A stretch of DNA of 60,947 nucleotides, counting the filler, from Nemertoderma westbladi (Eukaryota > Animalia > Xenacoelomorpha): NCBI GenBank assembly GCA_032718475.1. It is 3 parts of 3 records of this genome, joined end to end, with 100 filler letters (N's around TTAATTAATTAA, not from the genome) between each part and the next. Parts side by side here need not be neighbours in the genome. Positions count along the whole stretch, not along the records: positions 45,578 to 60,947 come from JAUCBJ010005254.1; 2 more parts are not named here. One strand, written 5' to 3'. Position 1 is the first letter of the stretch; the number at the start of each line of letters is the position of its first letter. The position numbers and the translations under genes were made by a program. Positions 48,501 to 60,947 of the stretch are shown one piece after another. The notes beneath the pieces were generated by a model. It did no database searches, was not told where the DNA came from, and was given only the letters and a program-made list of their open reading frames with translations.

Positions 48501-50810
48501 AGGGGCTTACAGTAATTGGGGAAGAAGGGCCAGTAAGTAAACGCCCAAAGAAAGTATCAACTATAGTAGGAGCATTTGGATACCGATAATAGGCTGTCAA
48601 AGCCCATATTTGGTCAGCACCAATAATAAGGGATATATCACGCTGACCACCATAAAAATTATCGGCCCAATTAGATAAATGGCAGATTGAAGAAAACATA
48701 GTTGGTAGATACTCCTGCTTAATGGAAGGACAGAGTTTGTTGGCTGTCCATGTGGTGAGGTCAATTGGTTCAGAAAAGAATTGGCTGAAAAGTTGAAATG
48801 ACACTAAATTGGAGTCATGTGTAGTAATATGATCTCCAAATGAACCCGTCGACATTATTCTGGTGTCTATAATGGGTAACTGGTAATTATTAGCAAGGTC
48901 GGATTTGATGTAGGTTCTCTTGGACCCATCATCTAAATAAACATGGACCCACTGGCCACTATCACAAGAAGGTGAATAAAGATAGGCCATTGCCAGCTTA
49001 ACAAAAACTTGATTATCTTGGCTGGAGTGAGTTGGCATCACTGGTGTTATTGACATGGCAGGACCACCAGATCGATTCCCTGATGGAATCCAACTAGTAT
49101 CTAAAGCAGGAGCAGATGGCTTTGACTGATCCCAAGAAGGCTTGGTTGAATAATTGGCTTTTGATACTGGAGGTACATACGCCTGTGAGGAAGGGAGCCT
49201 GGTATTACCAGAAGCTTGGTGGGTTTTAGGATCACTAGAAGAGGTTGGGGTCTTTGGATCACGGCACTTTTTAAAACAAAGTAATGAGTTATGCCTCCCA
49301 CCACAATTATTGCAATTATATTTGGATTGGCAAGCTATAGACTTATGAGGTCCAAAGCAATTGACCGGTACAAAGTTTCTTTGTTCTGATAAAGGTCCCC
49401 TTAGCATCAATGGACTTAGAAAGAAAATTTAGACAATCCTTAAGTCTATGGGGATGACCCTGACATGAAAGACAAGTTAGTTGCAGAAGAGCATTTTCAG
49501 TGACAGGCAATGATGAAGTAGTTAGAAGCTTGGGTAATTATTTTACCCTAGTATTCTGAATAGGAGGTTTAGATAAATTGACCTGAGAATAAGCCAATGA
49601 CTCCCTGGTTTCTAATTCTCGTCTAATGAACTCCAATAAAAGATCTAAGTTAAATCTTTCACTGGGATTGTTTCTATTCCACACAATAATTAAATCCTGT
49701 GGAAGTTTTTGCTGTAGAAGTGGTGCTAACAGTAAAGAGGTGAGGTCTAAAGATAAAGCAGAATTGTCACTGGAGGTAACACTAGACTGCACCTCAGAAG
49801 ATAACTGACGAATTTCCCTCAAGGCACTTTCAAAAATATCCATCATTTTGCGAAATGATTTAAGGTCTCCCTCCTTTATGGCTGGAAGGGAGAAAAGCTG
49901 ACTGGCATAGAGACCTATTAAAAGATGGGGGTTGCCATACCGACGTTTTAGGACTTCAATAGCAGTTTTATAATTGGCCGAGGTTGCTGGAAAACCAAAG
50001 GCATCCTTGGCTTCTCCCTCCAAGCTGTTACACAAATAAATAAATTTCTGGACATCACTCAACCCGGGCCTTAAATGAATAAGCGCTTGAAATTGGTCCC
50101 AAAAAGGTCTCCAACTAAAATAATCACTACTAAAAGTTGGTAAAGAAATTTTCGGAAGACCACGAGTTGAGTTATTAGTCCCACTGGCTGACTGGGTTTC
50201 ATCACTATGATGTGAACTGGCAAGGCCTACCTTGTCTAAACGAGAACGAACCCGGCGCATTTTGAACAAATAGCAGTCGAGATCACCAATATGTGTTGAC
50301 GTCTTAGACTCATAATGGCCTAATTCGCTAAGTTCAGAACTTAAAGAATTTAATAAAATTAACTGGCGTTCACCAAGTTCAATCTGATAGGCCAGTTCAT
50401 CTGAATCAAGTTCAGATTCATTTTGTTTAACAATATGTTCAAAATCAGTAAGTAATTTAGATGCTTTTTGGCATTCTGTTTTCCACCTCCCTTTTATAAA
50501 CTCTATCTGATCAATATTATCATCATCTATGTTGTCACCCTTACCCCCACGGTTTTGAGTTTCACCATCTGCCATGGTACTGATGGTTGCACATGCACAT
50601 AAGTAGTAGTAGTAGTAGTAACAGTCAGTTAAATGATGGTAATTGATTAAGAATGAAAATCAATAATAAATATGCAGAATTCCGAAAAAAATCACATTCA
50701 AATTTGGAAACTTTCCAAATCGGGATATCCACATTTAGCGGTTTATATACTCCAGTGTACTGTAGATGATCAGACTGACGGTTATCGTTCATATGCGTAC
50801 CGATGGTGTT
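45578..50810 (-). mobile_element. BEL/Pao LTR retrotransposon 1 (integrase core deleted; 5' LTR not seen)
   Basis: gag LPKISLPTF...WRPFWDQF...LEGEAK (50575-49538). Cys knuckles, protease LDDGS, YLPHHGV, RT LYCDD, FDPLG (49410-47434). RNase H FCDAS, PRLELMAA, WSDS, NPAD and C-terminal RPL...TPGHFL (47471-46020). PPT GGGGG, then an LTR starting TG at 45981 that runs into the gap. Confidence 0.93.
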
Positions 50811-50939
50811 ACAGTAGTGGTGTTTTCTAACCAAAACAATAAACTAATCTCCATTACTTAATTGACGGAAAGGAGCAGGTTACAGTGGTGGGCTTTTCTA
50901 ACCAAAACAATAAACATTATCTCAATAACATAGGGTATT

Positions 50940-53900
50940 TGTTAGCGTATTCAATTCCGCTAGCCAGGCCCACACAGAGTTGGTTTTAAGCAATATTGGG
51001 AGCACGAGGTTGGTTACCAATCAACCTCGTGTCACCCCAATAAGCGGGGACAATAGGCCCCAAGGGAACACACACAGCGGGGGTCAGAGGTTACACCTCC
51101 GGGAGGGAGAGAGAGACAGCAGCGGGGGGAAGTACTCCCAGGGAGATGGGAGGGTGACAAGTGAGTTATTAGCCAATGGGGGGGAGGCATTGGCTGAGTA
51201 GTGTAATGCGGCCAACCAGTGCAATATATTACCAGTAACCGTGTTATTCATTCACTCATTAGCTAGCCAGTTCAGTTAGGGTACGACGGCAACTTTTATT
51301 ACCGTTCAGCCGTTTATTCATTCATGTTGTCTGTATACTGCAATTACTAACTGCATTTGCTATAACTGTGCTTATACTTTATACCATTCTATATTATATA
51401 CATACCGAGCGATTAACAACAGGAACTCTAACAAACTCTTTTCACACGGCGGGACGCGTAAATAAGCCAAACCACCGGATAAACCGGGATCCTCTATCTG
51501 ATCCCGTCACAGTAATAAAATACCGAGGAGTAATAAAATCCAGCTGCCCGAAACTGAACTGAAGTAACAACAGTCTAGCTACCCTAAAGGTAAAGGACAA
51601 ACTATAACTGCCAGCCACCGAAAGATGAGTCGAAAAGGAGAAACGACACCGCCGCGGACCCCGGATGGCAATCTAATGATCCGCGAGGCCGCGACGCGAC
51701 GGTACCGTCCCGCGACGCTGAATCAACCGACAACGGGCGATCCGGCAATCCAGGATGAGGGGGGCCGTCTAGAACCGGAAAACGAGTCGAGGGAAGGAAG
51801 AGACGAGTCGGGAGGAGAGGGAGACGAGTCGACACAGGGCGGCGGTCGACGTGCCGAAGTCGCCGGCCAGCCACAGGCCGAGGGCGACGGACGGCCCACC
51901 GGAACGGCGACGGTTGGGCCGCCGGTACGACGCCGGACCCGGAGAGATAGAGGAGATGTCGGCGACGAGGACGTCGGGGTCAGCGATCGACTTCGGCGGG
52001 CCTACAACGCGACCCGGAAGCTACTCAAAGAGACCAAAGGAGGGGCCAAGATAGACCAGGTGAAGTTGAAAAGGCGACTAGGTGAGTTGAATGAACATTT
52101 TAGCTATTTGATGCATTTTGGGCAGAGAGAACTAGCCGAGGAGAGAGCGAGAGGAGTTGCCAGCGAACTGTTTGAACTATGGAAATGTGGGGGTATGGAA
52201 CCTAGCTTAGTGTATGTAGGGCCATACTTAGTCGATGCACGGGGAGTAAAATTAGTGGGTTGGAAGAGACCTGAGGAGGGCGAATCCGAGGTTAAACCCG
52301 AGGATTCGGTCTCGTCAGTCGGAGGAAGTTCCGGGAGGCGGGGGAAAGTTAGTAGGACGGGAAGGCGACGGGAGTCCGTCGCAACCGATAAGTCCGCTAC
52401 ATCCTCCGCAAAAGAAAAACGGGTGCGAGAAATAGATCTGGCGTGCCAACTCGATCTGGCGGCGCTAGACCAGAGAGAATTAGTGAGACAGTTAGAGGAA
52501 GAGAGTGCGTTAATAGAGCAGGAGAAAGAGCTGGTTAGAGAGAACAAAGAGCGGGCCGAGAGGGCTGCAAGAAGCTTTAGGGAGTGCGAGGAAATAGGGA
52601 GGATGGAAAGGAAGGAGCAAAAAGAGCGCGAGGCAGAGCGTGAGGCGGAACGTAAAGAGCGCGAGGCAGAGCGTGAGGCGGAACGTAAAGAGCGCGAGGT
52701 GAGTGCGGATAACGAGCGAAAAGAGCGCGAGGCGAGACGACTGGAGAGAGTTGCGAGAGAGGCAGAGTTAGCCGATCAGAATTCACGAGAGGGCAGAGAG
52801 AGGGAGAGTGAGAGAAAGCGTGTGCGGGATGATGTACATGCCCGCCTAAGGGGGCTTATGCAATATCAATCCAAACAGAAGCGCAGACTGGAACTGGCGC
52901 AGATGGGGTTGTCAGAGAGTGACGCTGGCTCGAGTATTTTCGAGGAGCCAAGGGTTGTGGAAACATTTATTAATACCCCACTTACAGGAACCGCACGACA
53001 GACCCGAGACTGGTGTGACCGTACGGGCGGGGGGGGGGGGGGGGGGGGGTAATAATAATAATACAGTAGACAACGTTAATATTAATAGTACCGTATTGGA
53101 CAATTCTAATCAAACTTTCATTGCAGGAAATAATATTTTGCCCGACAATAGTAATTTAAATCCGAGTGATTCTAATATTAATGTAGGAAATAATTCAAAT
53201 AATATAATTACGCAAAATAATTCAAATAATATAATTACGCAAAATAATTCAAATAATTTAAACTTAAATCCGAATTTACAAAATAATTCAAATAATCTTA
53301 TTTCGAACGAGCAAAATAATTCCGCTTCTAATCTGGGCGCACAAAATAACTTAATTGAGTTAGAGGATTTAATTGATTTAATGGGCGATACTGGTAGTGG
53401 TGCTATTAATGTGAACGTGTCGGACATGTATAACCCGGCAGATGAGGGCCTGGTAGGCCGTACAGTTAGTAGGCAGGAAGTTGCGGGGTTGATCCAACCC
53501 GAAGAGGGCCTGGTAGGCCACGTAGTTAGAAGGCCGGAAGTGGCGGGGTTGAGCCAACCCGAAGTGGGCCTGGTAGGCCACGTAGTTAGTAGGCAGGAGG
53601 TAACGGGGTTGAGTCAACCCGCGGGGGCCTGGTAGGCCACGGAGTGGAGAGAGAGGCGGGGGTGAGTAGACCCAGCCGCAGTAGAGACGTTGTGTCGACT
53701 GAAGAGGGGTGTAGAAGTGAAGTAAAAGGTGGTGGCGTGATATGTGGCCAGTGGGGGGGGGGGGGGGGGGGCTACAGGAGCCCCACAACGAGAAGTTAGC
53801 AGTGAGAGGGGGGGCAGAGAGTGCCCCACAGGCGTCGACGGATAATGCGCGGGCCGAGTTAGGTAAACCGCAACACCCGGCGACGGAGAGTAATAGGGGG

Positions 53901-55288
53901 ATTGCGAGTATCCCCAGCGGCGTGCAAACGAGCAGAGAGAGACAGGTTGACGTCGCGAGAGGGCGGACGAAGCGTCGAGCCCGATCAGAAGAGGGAAGAA
54001 GAACAGTGGAGTTTAACCGGGAGGTCGACGAGAGATCTCACGAGCGGGAGTACTGCACTACAGAGAGAAGAAAGGAAGAGAGTAGAAGAAGTGTCGCCGC
54101 GAACGACAGGAGAGCGAGGACGGATAGCGAGCCGTCGGTAGTAGAGGTGGAGACGGAGAGTCAGTGGGGTCGAACTTCGGGAGATTGCCGTCGCCCCGGA
54201 GAAACGCGACCTGACGAGGCGTATTACGCGCAGAGAGAGGGGTACGGGATGTACCAGCACGAGAACGAGAGCAGTAGAGGGGATCGAATAGAAACTTCCC
54301 GACGGGATATACCTACCGATCGAGAATACGGTAGCCGCCGGGAGGATTATTTGAGAAGATTAAACTTTGATCCCGAGCGACACATACAGACTGCAGGACA
54401 TACTGTAGGCCTTACTGCACATACCATAGGCCATGCTGAGAGAGATAATGTAGGTGATAGGATAGCGCGAACAACGGGATTAAACCCGGAAGTCGCGGAA
54501 TACATACCGGCAGGTAGGCCAGAAGTTGATAGGCCTATACCGGTACCAGCACAGCAGTATGACTACAGCATGCAAGGACATAACATATACCCAGGGGAGG
54601 GGAGAATTATTGCGGATAGGTGTATGGGCCCCAATATATTAACATCAACCCCAGTACCAAACATACCGGTGGGGGGGGGGGGGGGCAGGGTGACATTCCC
54701 CCATCACAATATCAACAATATACCCCAATAGGAGTAAGAACATCGAACCCCTTGGACGAGAATAGATCGTGCGACACAGAAATATGGAGGGGGCCGCTAC
54801 CCCCTATGATATATCCAAGTCAGAGGAAAGCGACAGACAGGACGAACGGACCGCACCCAATGGGAGAACCTATGCAGCATGCATCGAACCCATTGGAAGT
54901 GCAAGCCATGGGGATGGCCACGTTAATCGATGCATTAAAGACCAGGATCGAGTTACCACCCGTGGAACCATTCAAATTCGATGGAAGTAGGCCGGAAGAA
55001 TACCTACAGTTTCGGCGCATGTATAGTAACGAAATATTAACAAAGAACTTGACGCAGGCGGAGTGCCTAAAGTATCTGCAAGTATATACAGGGGGCCCAG
55101 CATACGACATCGTGAGGCAATACCAGGGTGGCTTCACGACGGCATGGCGGGCGTTAGACAGGGAATATGGGCACCCGGCCAAGATCATCCGGCAGACCCT
55201 GAGAGGTATAACATCGGGTGGCCTACAGGATAACCCCGTTAGCATAAAGACATTCGCTAACAAAGTAGAGAAGGTGCTAATGGTCTAA
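50940..55288 (+). mobile_element. BEL/Pao LTR retrotransposon 2, 5' part (putative LTR 50940-51569 plus very long gag), 3'-truncated
   Basis: TGTTA...TAACA segment with AATAAA. gag from 51625 has a coiled coil, an Asn-rich tract and 20-aa repeats, and ends in the Pao gag core PFKFDGS..EY.QF...LKYL..YTGG.A...AW..LDREYG.P. Confidence 0.75.
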
Positions 55289-55359
55289 CTGTCACAAAGC
55301 CGGCCAAGACCCTACTACTATAGACTTCCTCCACTTGCTATCTCTCTCTATACATGGGG

Positions 55360-55829
55360 TTCTATAGATGAGAGTAATTCATCAAAAGGATGAAATTGAC
55401 ATGCTCGTATATGTAATTAAAAAATTTCCTTTATAACATCTGCCCGCAAATCTTGATAAAGTTTTCCGATAACGCCGTGCAACAACTTTTTTTGATTGAT
55501 CGGGTGAACCCATCGGCGTTTATTTCGCCGCCTACTGTAGAAGTCTGACTGACACGCCGAACACGTTTGGCGCAGCATTTCAACTTGTGCTCGGAGCTGG
55601 TGCAGAAATGTGCTACACCTGGTAATGTGCTGATAAAGAGCCGGCGCAGGGATATCAATGAATGTGCTCGCTGGGACAGCCAGCGTCATGAGCGTAGCAT
55701 CATTAATGATAGAGATGATGAGCTCCGGTGCGATTTTTGAATTGGTGGCGTAGCTTTGCACCAAGCTGGCGCAGGATTTTTTGCACTGGCGCCGCGTTCG
55801 GCGCAGAAAATAAAACTTTTCAATAGGGA
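55360..55829 (-). mobile_element. PIF/Harbinger transposon 5' remnant
   Basis: RRRNKRRWVHPINQ...G...KLYQDLRAD...FFNY..MSISSFDELL (joined across frameshifts) is a Harbinger transposase N-terminus. The terminus is shared with 43590-43682. Confidence 0.75.
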
Positions 55830-56044
55830 CTGACAGACTGTCTCATTTTTGACAAAACTTCAGCTATTCTTTCTAAACTTTTAACGCCCTGCATACGTAC
55901 CGAGGTTGGTTTAATTCCACCATTGACTGTTTGCTTTCAAGAATTAATTAAAAATCGTGCAAAATATTTATTGCCGCAGCTAGGATTCGAAACTACGAGG
56001 GAAGGTCCCATTGGATTTTTAGTTTTTCAATGCCTTAAATTCCT

Positions 56045-56345
56045 TTCGACATTCCTATCCACCTTCCCACATTCCCATCCGGGTGGATATTCCCATTTCC
56101 CCACATTCCCATTCATCTTCCCACATTCCAATCTTCCAACATTCCACCCACCTTCCCATCTTCCTACATTCCCACCCACATTCCCATCCACCCGCATTCC
56201 CACACACCCACCTTCCCATATTCCCACCCACCTTTCCCACATTCATATCTTCCCACCTTCCCATATTCCCATCTTCCTACATTCCCATCTTCCTACATTC
56301 CCACCTACCTTCCCACATTAACACCCACCCACATTCCAACCCACC
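56045..56345. repeat. Degenerate C-rich simple repeat (CCCACATT/CCCATCTT)
   Basis: Seen directly. Confidence 0.85.
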
Positions 56346-57438
56346 GTCTCACCTACCATCCGACCGACCGATTATTGCTGTTTATAATCTATGTCATTAT
56401 TAGGTACATATTCTTGTACAATGAGGCATCAGCCGAAAGTATTGTGAGTTCATTTGTAACTTCATGTTTCCTTTTGGAGTGCGAAATGGACAACAAGTCA
56501 AATTTATTTTAAAAATAATAGTTACTGAGCGGATTGAGTAAAAATCTTATACTGAATGTATTAAGTATATTAACGACGCATTATTTACGCCCCGAATTGT
56601 CAATGTAGACAGACTACAGATGGCATTAAATTAATATGAAATCAAATAAGACTCTGTATTCACGATGTATTGTAGGCCTATTATTAATTCCATTTATTAT
56701 TTTCCTTTACAGCTCTAGCACCTGACAACACAGAAGATGACAGATGTGTATTAACATTATTTTTATGTATATGTAGTTAATATGTATGTTATAGACGGCT
56801 TCACGTTATTTTAATTATAACAAAATGAAAATATTGTCAATCACTGCCAGTATTCTGAATATTATTAATTATTTTGTGTATGTCTACGTATTATATGGCA
56901 CTGCTGTATAAGTTCATTGAATGACTGTGATTTCGAAACATTTAATTCAAAACTATATAAATGTTAATATAATGTTGGATTTTTTTTTGTAATAATTAAC
57001 AGATGAATTATATTTCATTAATTTATTTTTATTATATAATCACATTAAATAAAGAAGCACAGAAATAATACTATGATTGAATATTGAATTGAGGGTACAG
57101 TACCGAATTGAATATTTGAATGGGAGAATCTTTTAGGCTCGTTAAGCCAAGGAATGCCTGTTCACCACCATGGGTGATCTTCCACAGTAAACCCTTCTTC
57201 CACTCTGTTTCCCAAGTTGCCTTGGTTCCCAATCGACCACTGAAGGATGAAAGCCGGGGTTGGGCTAGGCTGCAGCATTTAAAGCACTGTGCCCAAACAG
57301 TACTGCCCCATCTAGGGATCGAACATTGAATATTTGAGATTGCATAAGATAGAGTATTGAATATCTTCGGCCGTCATCCCGTTGGTGTTGGTGACTCCAT
57401 TGGCAACCATTTCGACAGTTTCGATTGGTTTCGGCTCT

Positions 57439-57778
57439 TCAGTGCCCGAATAGACCGATGGTCGGCATGGTTGCTGTCCCCATGACTGAGGCTGCAATAC
57501 CAACCAAAATTGCCATCTCCAGGCGCTGGAGCAGAAACTGGTGTGACCGCGGTTCGTGGGTGGCACTGTGCACTGTGGTGATTGATCTCCCGGAGGAAGG
57601 TGGATGTCTCTGGACCAGGGCGGCCAAAGGTCTCAAAGGCCACGGCTGCACGGGGTGAAAGAAATGGCCCGGTCCATTAGGTCGCGATACTTCGAGTTTT
57701 TAATGCGCCCCGCCCCCTCAGCTGAGTGCCCCCCAGCAATGATGGTTTGTTGAAGGTGGCTGGGGGCCAGTGGATCTA
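57439..57778 (-). mobile_element. CRE-like non-LTR retrotransposon C-terminal restriction-like endonuclease fragment
   Basis: DPLAPSH...K.SKY...AFETFG..GP....FL.E...EPRSHQFLLQRL.MAI..G.AASVMGT (frameshifted). Confidence 0.75.
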
Positions 57779-58435
57779 GTAATAATTAACGCAAAGATAT
57801 GATTAGGTAGGCCTACGTGATATTAGTTTCTCAAACCAAACCTATCCATCCATTGACGTCCAAATATATCCAATTTCTCAATCCATACTAATCAGTATGT
57901 AATGCTACCGGTAATGTCAATGTCCAACCAAACAATGCGTTGAGTGATATCGGACCAGCCGCCAAGAAATGTTAGGCTAATGGCACCTCGCTCTGTACTG
58001 CTGTAGCATCAGTTTTTGTAGTGGTCTAGTTCCAGGCTACCAGAATCCGTTAGGCCTAGTGCATGATATAGAATCAGCACATCCTGACATCTGTGCAACT
58101 CCTGAACTCACGGGAGCATTTTACATATGGTCTTCTACCGCGAAACCGTGTATTATTTACAGATGTAGGCTAAATTTCGGGTAAATCTTTTGCGTAGAGG
58201 TATAGCCTACATAGAGGCTACATGTAGGTAGGTGTAGCCTACATGTAGGTGCACGTGTAGGGTGAATGTAGGTAGGTGTAGTCCCATAGATATTAATGTA
58301 ATTTAACATGATAACATGCAGTAACGGGATGCACGGTCGTCAATCCACAATCAGGGATGTGACGGTACTCACCACGGCTGCACGGTACATCAACGTGCAG
58401 ACCTATCTGCTGGCAGACAACAGACAGTTTTACTG

Positions 58436-58494
58436 TAAGCCGGCACAGCATTCTTAAAAATGCAGCTGCAATGCAGCATGCCGATCCTAGTAGT
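58436..58494 (+). mobile_element. RTE LINE extreme 3' tail
   Basis: Reverse complement of 44454-44512. Confidence 0.75.
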
Positions 58495-59367
58495 TTACTG
58501 TGGGGCGAGCCACGAAGTGAGTGAGCCTTAGCGTAGTGGTACCATTAATCAACCTGTCGTTCTGTCGCGTTTTTTTTCAGTATTTTATTTTAAACGTTAA
58601 TAACTCGGCCAATCCTTGATGAAATCTATCCAAACTTGTTACACATGTTGTTTGGCGAAAGTTTGAAAATTTTCCAAGTAGAATTTGCGTGGGGCCTTCG
58701 TGCAGCATCAGTGTAACTGTTATTGCAGTTATAATAAATTTATTTATCCAAATTTAAAATGCGTTAAATTATTATTACTGTAGGATATATCAGCTGGTTT
58801 TCTTACAAATTTTGCAATTCTGCATGTACCATGTGTACCGGTACTGTCAGGCTGTACTCATTCCCTGAATCGAGAATCCTGCAATCAGTCAATACTGCAA
58901 TACTGGTCAGCCGGTACCATACACTGCAGACATGCCATATCATGTAATCTAATTAAACATGACCCCGCCAACCCTTGCGGTGATTATAGTTTAGGCCTAA
59001 TTAGCCCAGTACCGGTACCGGTAATAATAATATAATACAGTAATAGTTTAGATAGTTACCGCTAATCATTCAGTCATTGGCACGGTACACCGTATTGCTG
59101 TACTGCCGTTGTAGTGCGCACCGTAGGTACCACCCTACTACCGGTACCGGCTGACCGCGTGACCGGTGGCAACTAGCACGTCAACACTTTCACAGCAACA
59201 GCACTACCGGCGATACACAGGTTGGAATTTATGTAGAGTTTGCTCAACAGTACAGATATAAAATAGTTATCTAAATTATATATATTACTATTGACAAGTA
59301 TTGAAATATATACCGTTATTCGTGTTATCAGTATTTGCAACATCTGACATTGAAGAGGTGAGAGAAG

Positions 59368-59700
59368 ATGAATACCGGCACTCAACAAAACCAACGCTTA
59401 TCACAGGTCGGTATGGTTACCTCGAAACCGGCGCGACTGTCCACTCGAATACAACTTCAAAACACAAACGCCAACAATAAACTGAAAGCGAATCGAACGT
59501 CTTCAGAAGAATCTGGCATTGGGACGAAGAAAAGGAAGCCGAAACCACGGGAATGGACCACAGCTAAGATTGAATGCTCCCATTGTCAGAGTTCCTGGAC
59601 CGAAATTGAAACACCAATTGCCGATGGGCTTGATCTCTCAAACCAAAACTTCCTCTGCGGGGTTTGCGCGGCAGTAAAGATTGAAAGTCTGGAAGCTGGC
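59368..59700 (+). other. Possible LINE ORF1 N-terminus with a Zn-finger (CxxC...CxxC)
   Basis: KIECSHCQSSW...FLCGVC followed by a helical segment resembles a half PHD finger. No supporting ORF2 nearby. Confidence 0.3.
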
Positions 59701-60947
59701 ATCCCTAGGTATTATTATTATAAAGAGCGTCAGCCTGCGTTTAATAAATATATTTTAATACAAAACAGGTCGAACGCAAAGAGGCTTATAATGAAGACGA
59801 GTACTGCATTGATTATATTCCTGTAAACCACCTGGCTTTGCATATTGAACGTGCGTTTGGAAATAAGTTCGTGCTACCCTTCCGTGGTGGTAGATGTCGC
59901 GGTTATGTATTGGTGGGGGGAGGGGGGGGGGGGGTGCAGATTAAAAGGGGTGAACACGTACTGTCCCCCTTTCTTTGATTAATTGGTGGTGTGGGTTAAT
60001 CTCTCATAACCTGATTTTGTGATACAGTCGCACAATTTTAATTTGTATCTCATAACTGGGCCTCGTGCTGCGCGAAGGCCCCACGAACGTGTACAGTATA
60101 AGCAGCAAACGTTGTTCTGATTTATATGTTTATTAAGTAACATACAGTAACAGTGGACAGTCAACCATGATTGCGGTGACTAAGGACTACCATAACCCTG
60201 CCCCCCCTCAGCCCCTCTTTATCAACTGTACAGTCACAGGGACTTCTACAGTACTTCAGTAATATCAAGTCTACAGTATAGTATTAAATTCTGTACTCAT
60301 ACTGTATGTCTTGGTCTGGCTTTACGGTTCGTGTGCATATGATAATAGAATATGATATCTCTCAAAGATTTACGTAAACCATTTAAGACTAAAGAACTTG
60401 CGCGATTGTTACTATCTAATTGGGATCGTGTAAAAACATATATCCCTTGCAAACCAATGAATGTCCATTTGCATTCGTAACAGATCATGACCCAAAAGAA
60501 ATAGAGTTTCGGTACTATAGGAAGGGGCCAACTATTAAATATGACACTTTTCGCCACATATATCGCACAGGTGTTGAAGGTATATACAAGACTGTTGTAA
60601 CGGTACCAGGAAAACATGCTGATGCATTATTGCAACTTGCATTATTCCCGTTTTGGGATTTTTAGGTTCATTCCCGTTTTTCTTGTTAATACGTACTAGT
60701 TAATACTTAATAGTTAATACGTGTTAATATGTTTTGATTGTTTTGTTTTAGAAGTAAAAAGTATAGATGTCTGGAAGTTAGTTTGTTTTATTTTTTCACA
60801 TACCGCCAGCCCACAGTATTTGACTCCCATACCATTCCCTTCTAAGCAATAGATCACATCTCCTTTCCACTTGTTTTCCTTTTTGTTCGTCTTACCCATT
60901 GTTTGCACTTTATTTCCACATTATTCACACCACCTAAATTCACTCAT

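Noticed and set aside
53029-54685. Poly-G runs as programmed frameshift signals
   Set aside because: Long G/C homopolymers occur throughout the window, so length errors are the simpler explanation.
55923-56403. Pro/His-rich ORFs
   Set aside because: Translation of a simple C-rich repeat.

Overview
Repeat-rich animal (invertebrate-type metazoan) genomic DNA, not prokaryotic. Two artificial 100-nt gap linkers (N44-TTAATTAATTAA-N44) split it into three contigs. Host genes: the last exon of a secreted Ly6/three-finger protein (+), a five-exon Sema+PSI semaphorin (-), four 5' exons of the E3 ligase HECTD1 (-), and an intronless EMRE/SMDT1 gene (+) nested in a HECTD1 intron. Mobile DNA: a nested set (31-bp satellite > Gypsy A > Gypsy B > TA-targeting MITE), two BEL/Pao elements, a Penelope-like element with a minimal hammerhead ribozyme, RTE/CR1/CRE LINE fragments, a Harbinger remnant and several MITEs. 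Two signals stand out. First, Gypsy A has a PWWP chromatin-reader-like domain in frame at the C-terminus of its integrase, where chromoviruses carry a chromodomain. Second, three unrelated minisatellites in HECTD1 introns are built from splice-junction (AG|GT) sequence: two are copies of the adjacent real splice sites and the third is a textbook branch point-pyrimidine tract-AG unit. All family assignments are from motif recognition by eye; no database searches were run.
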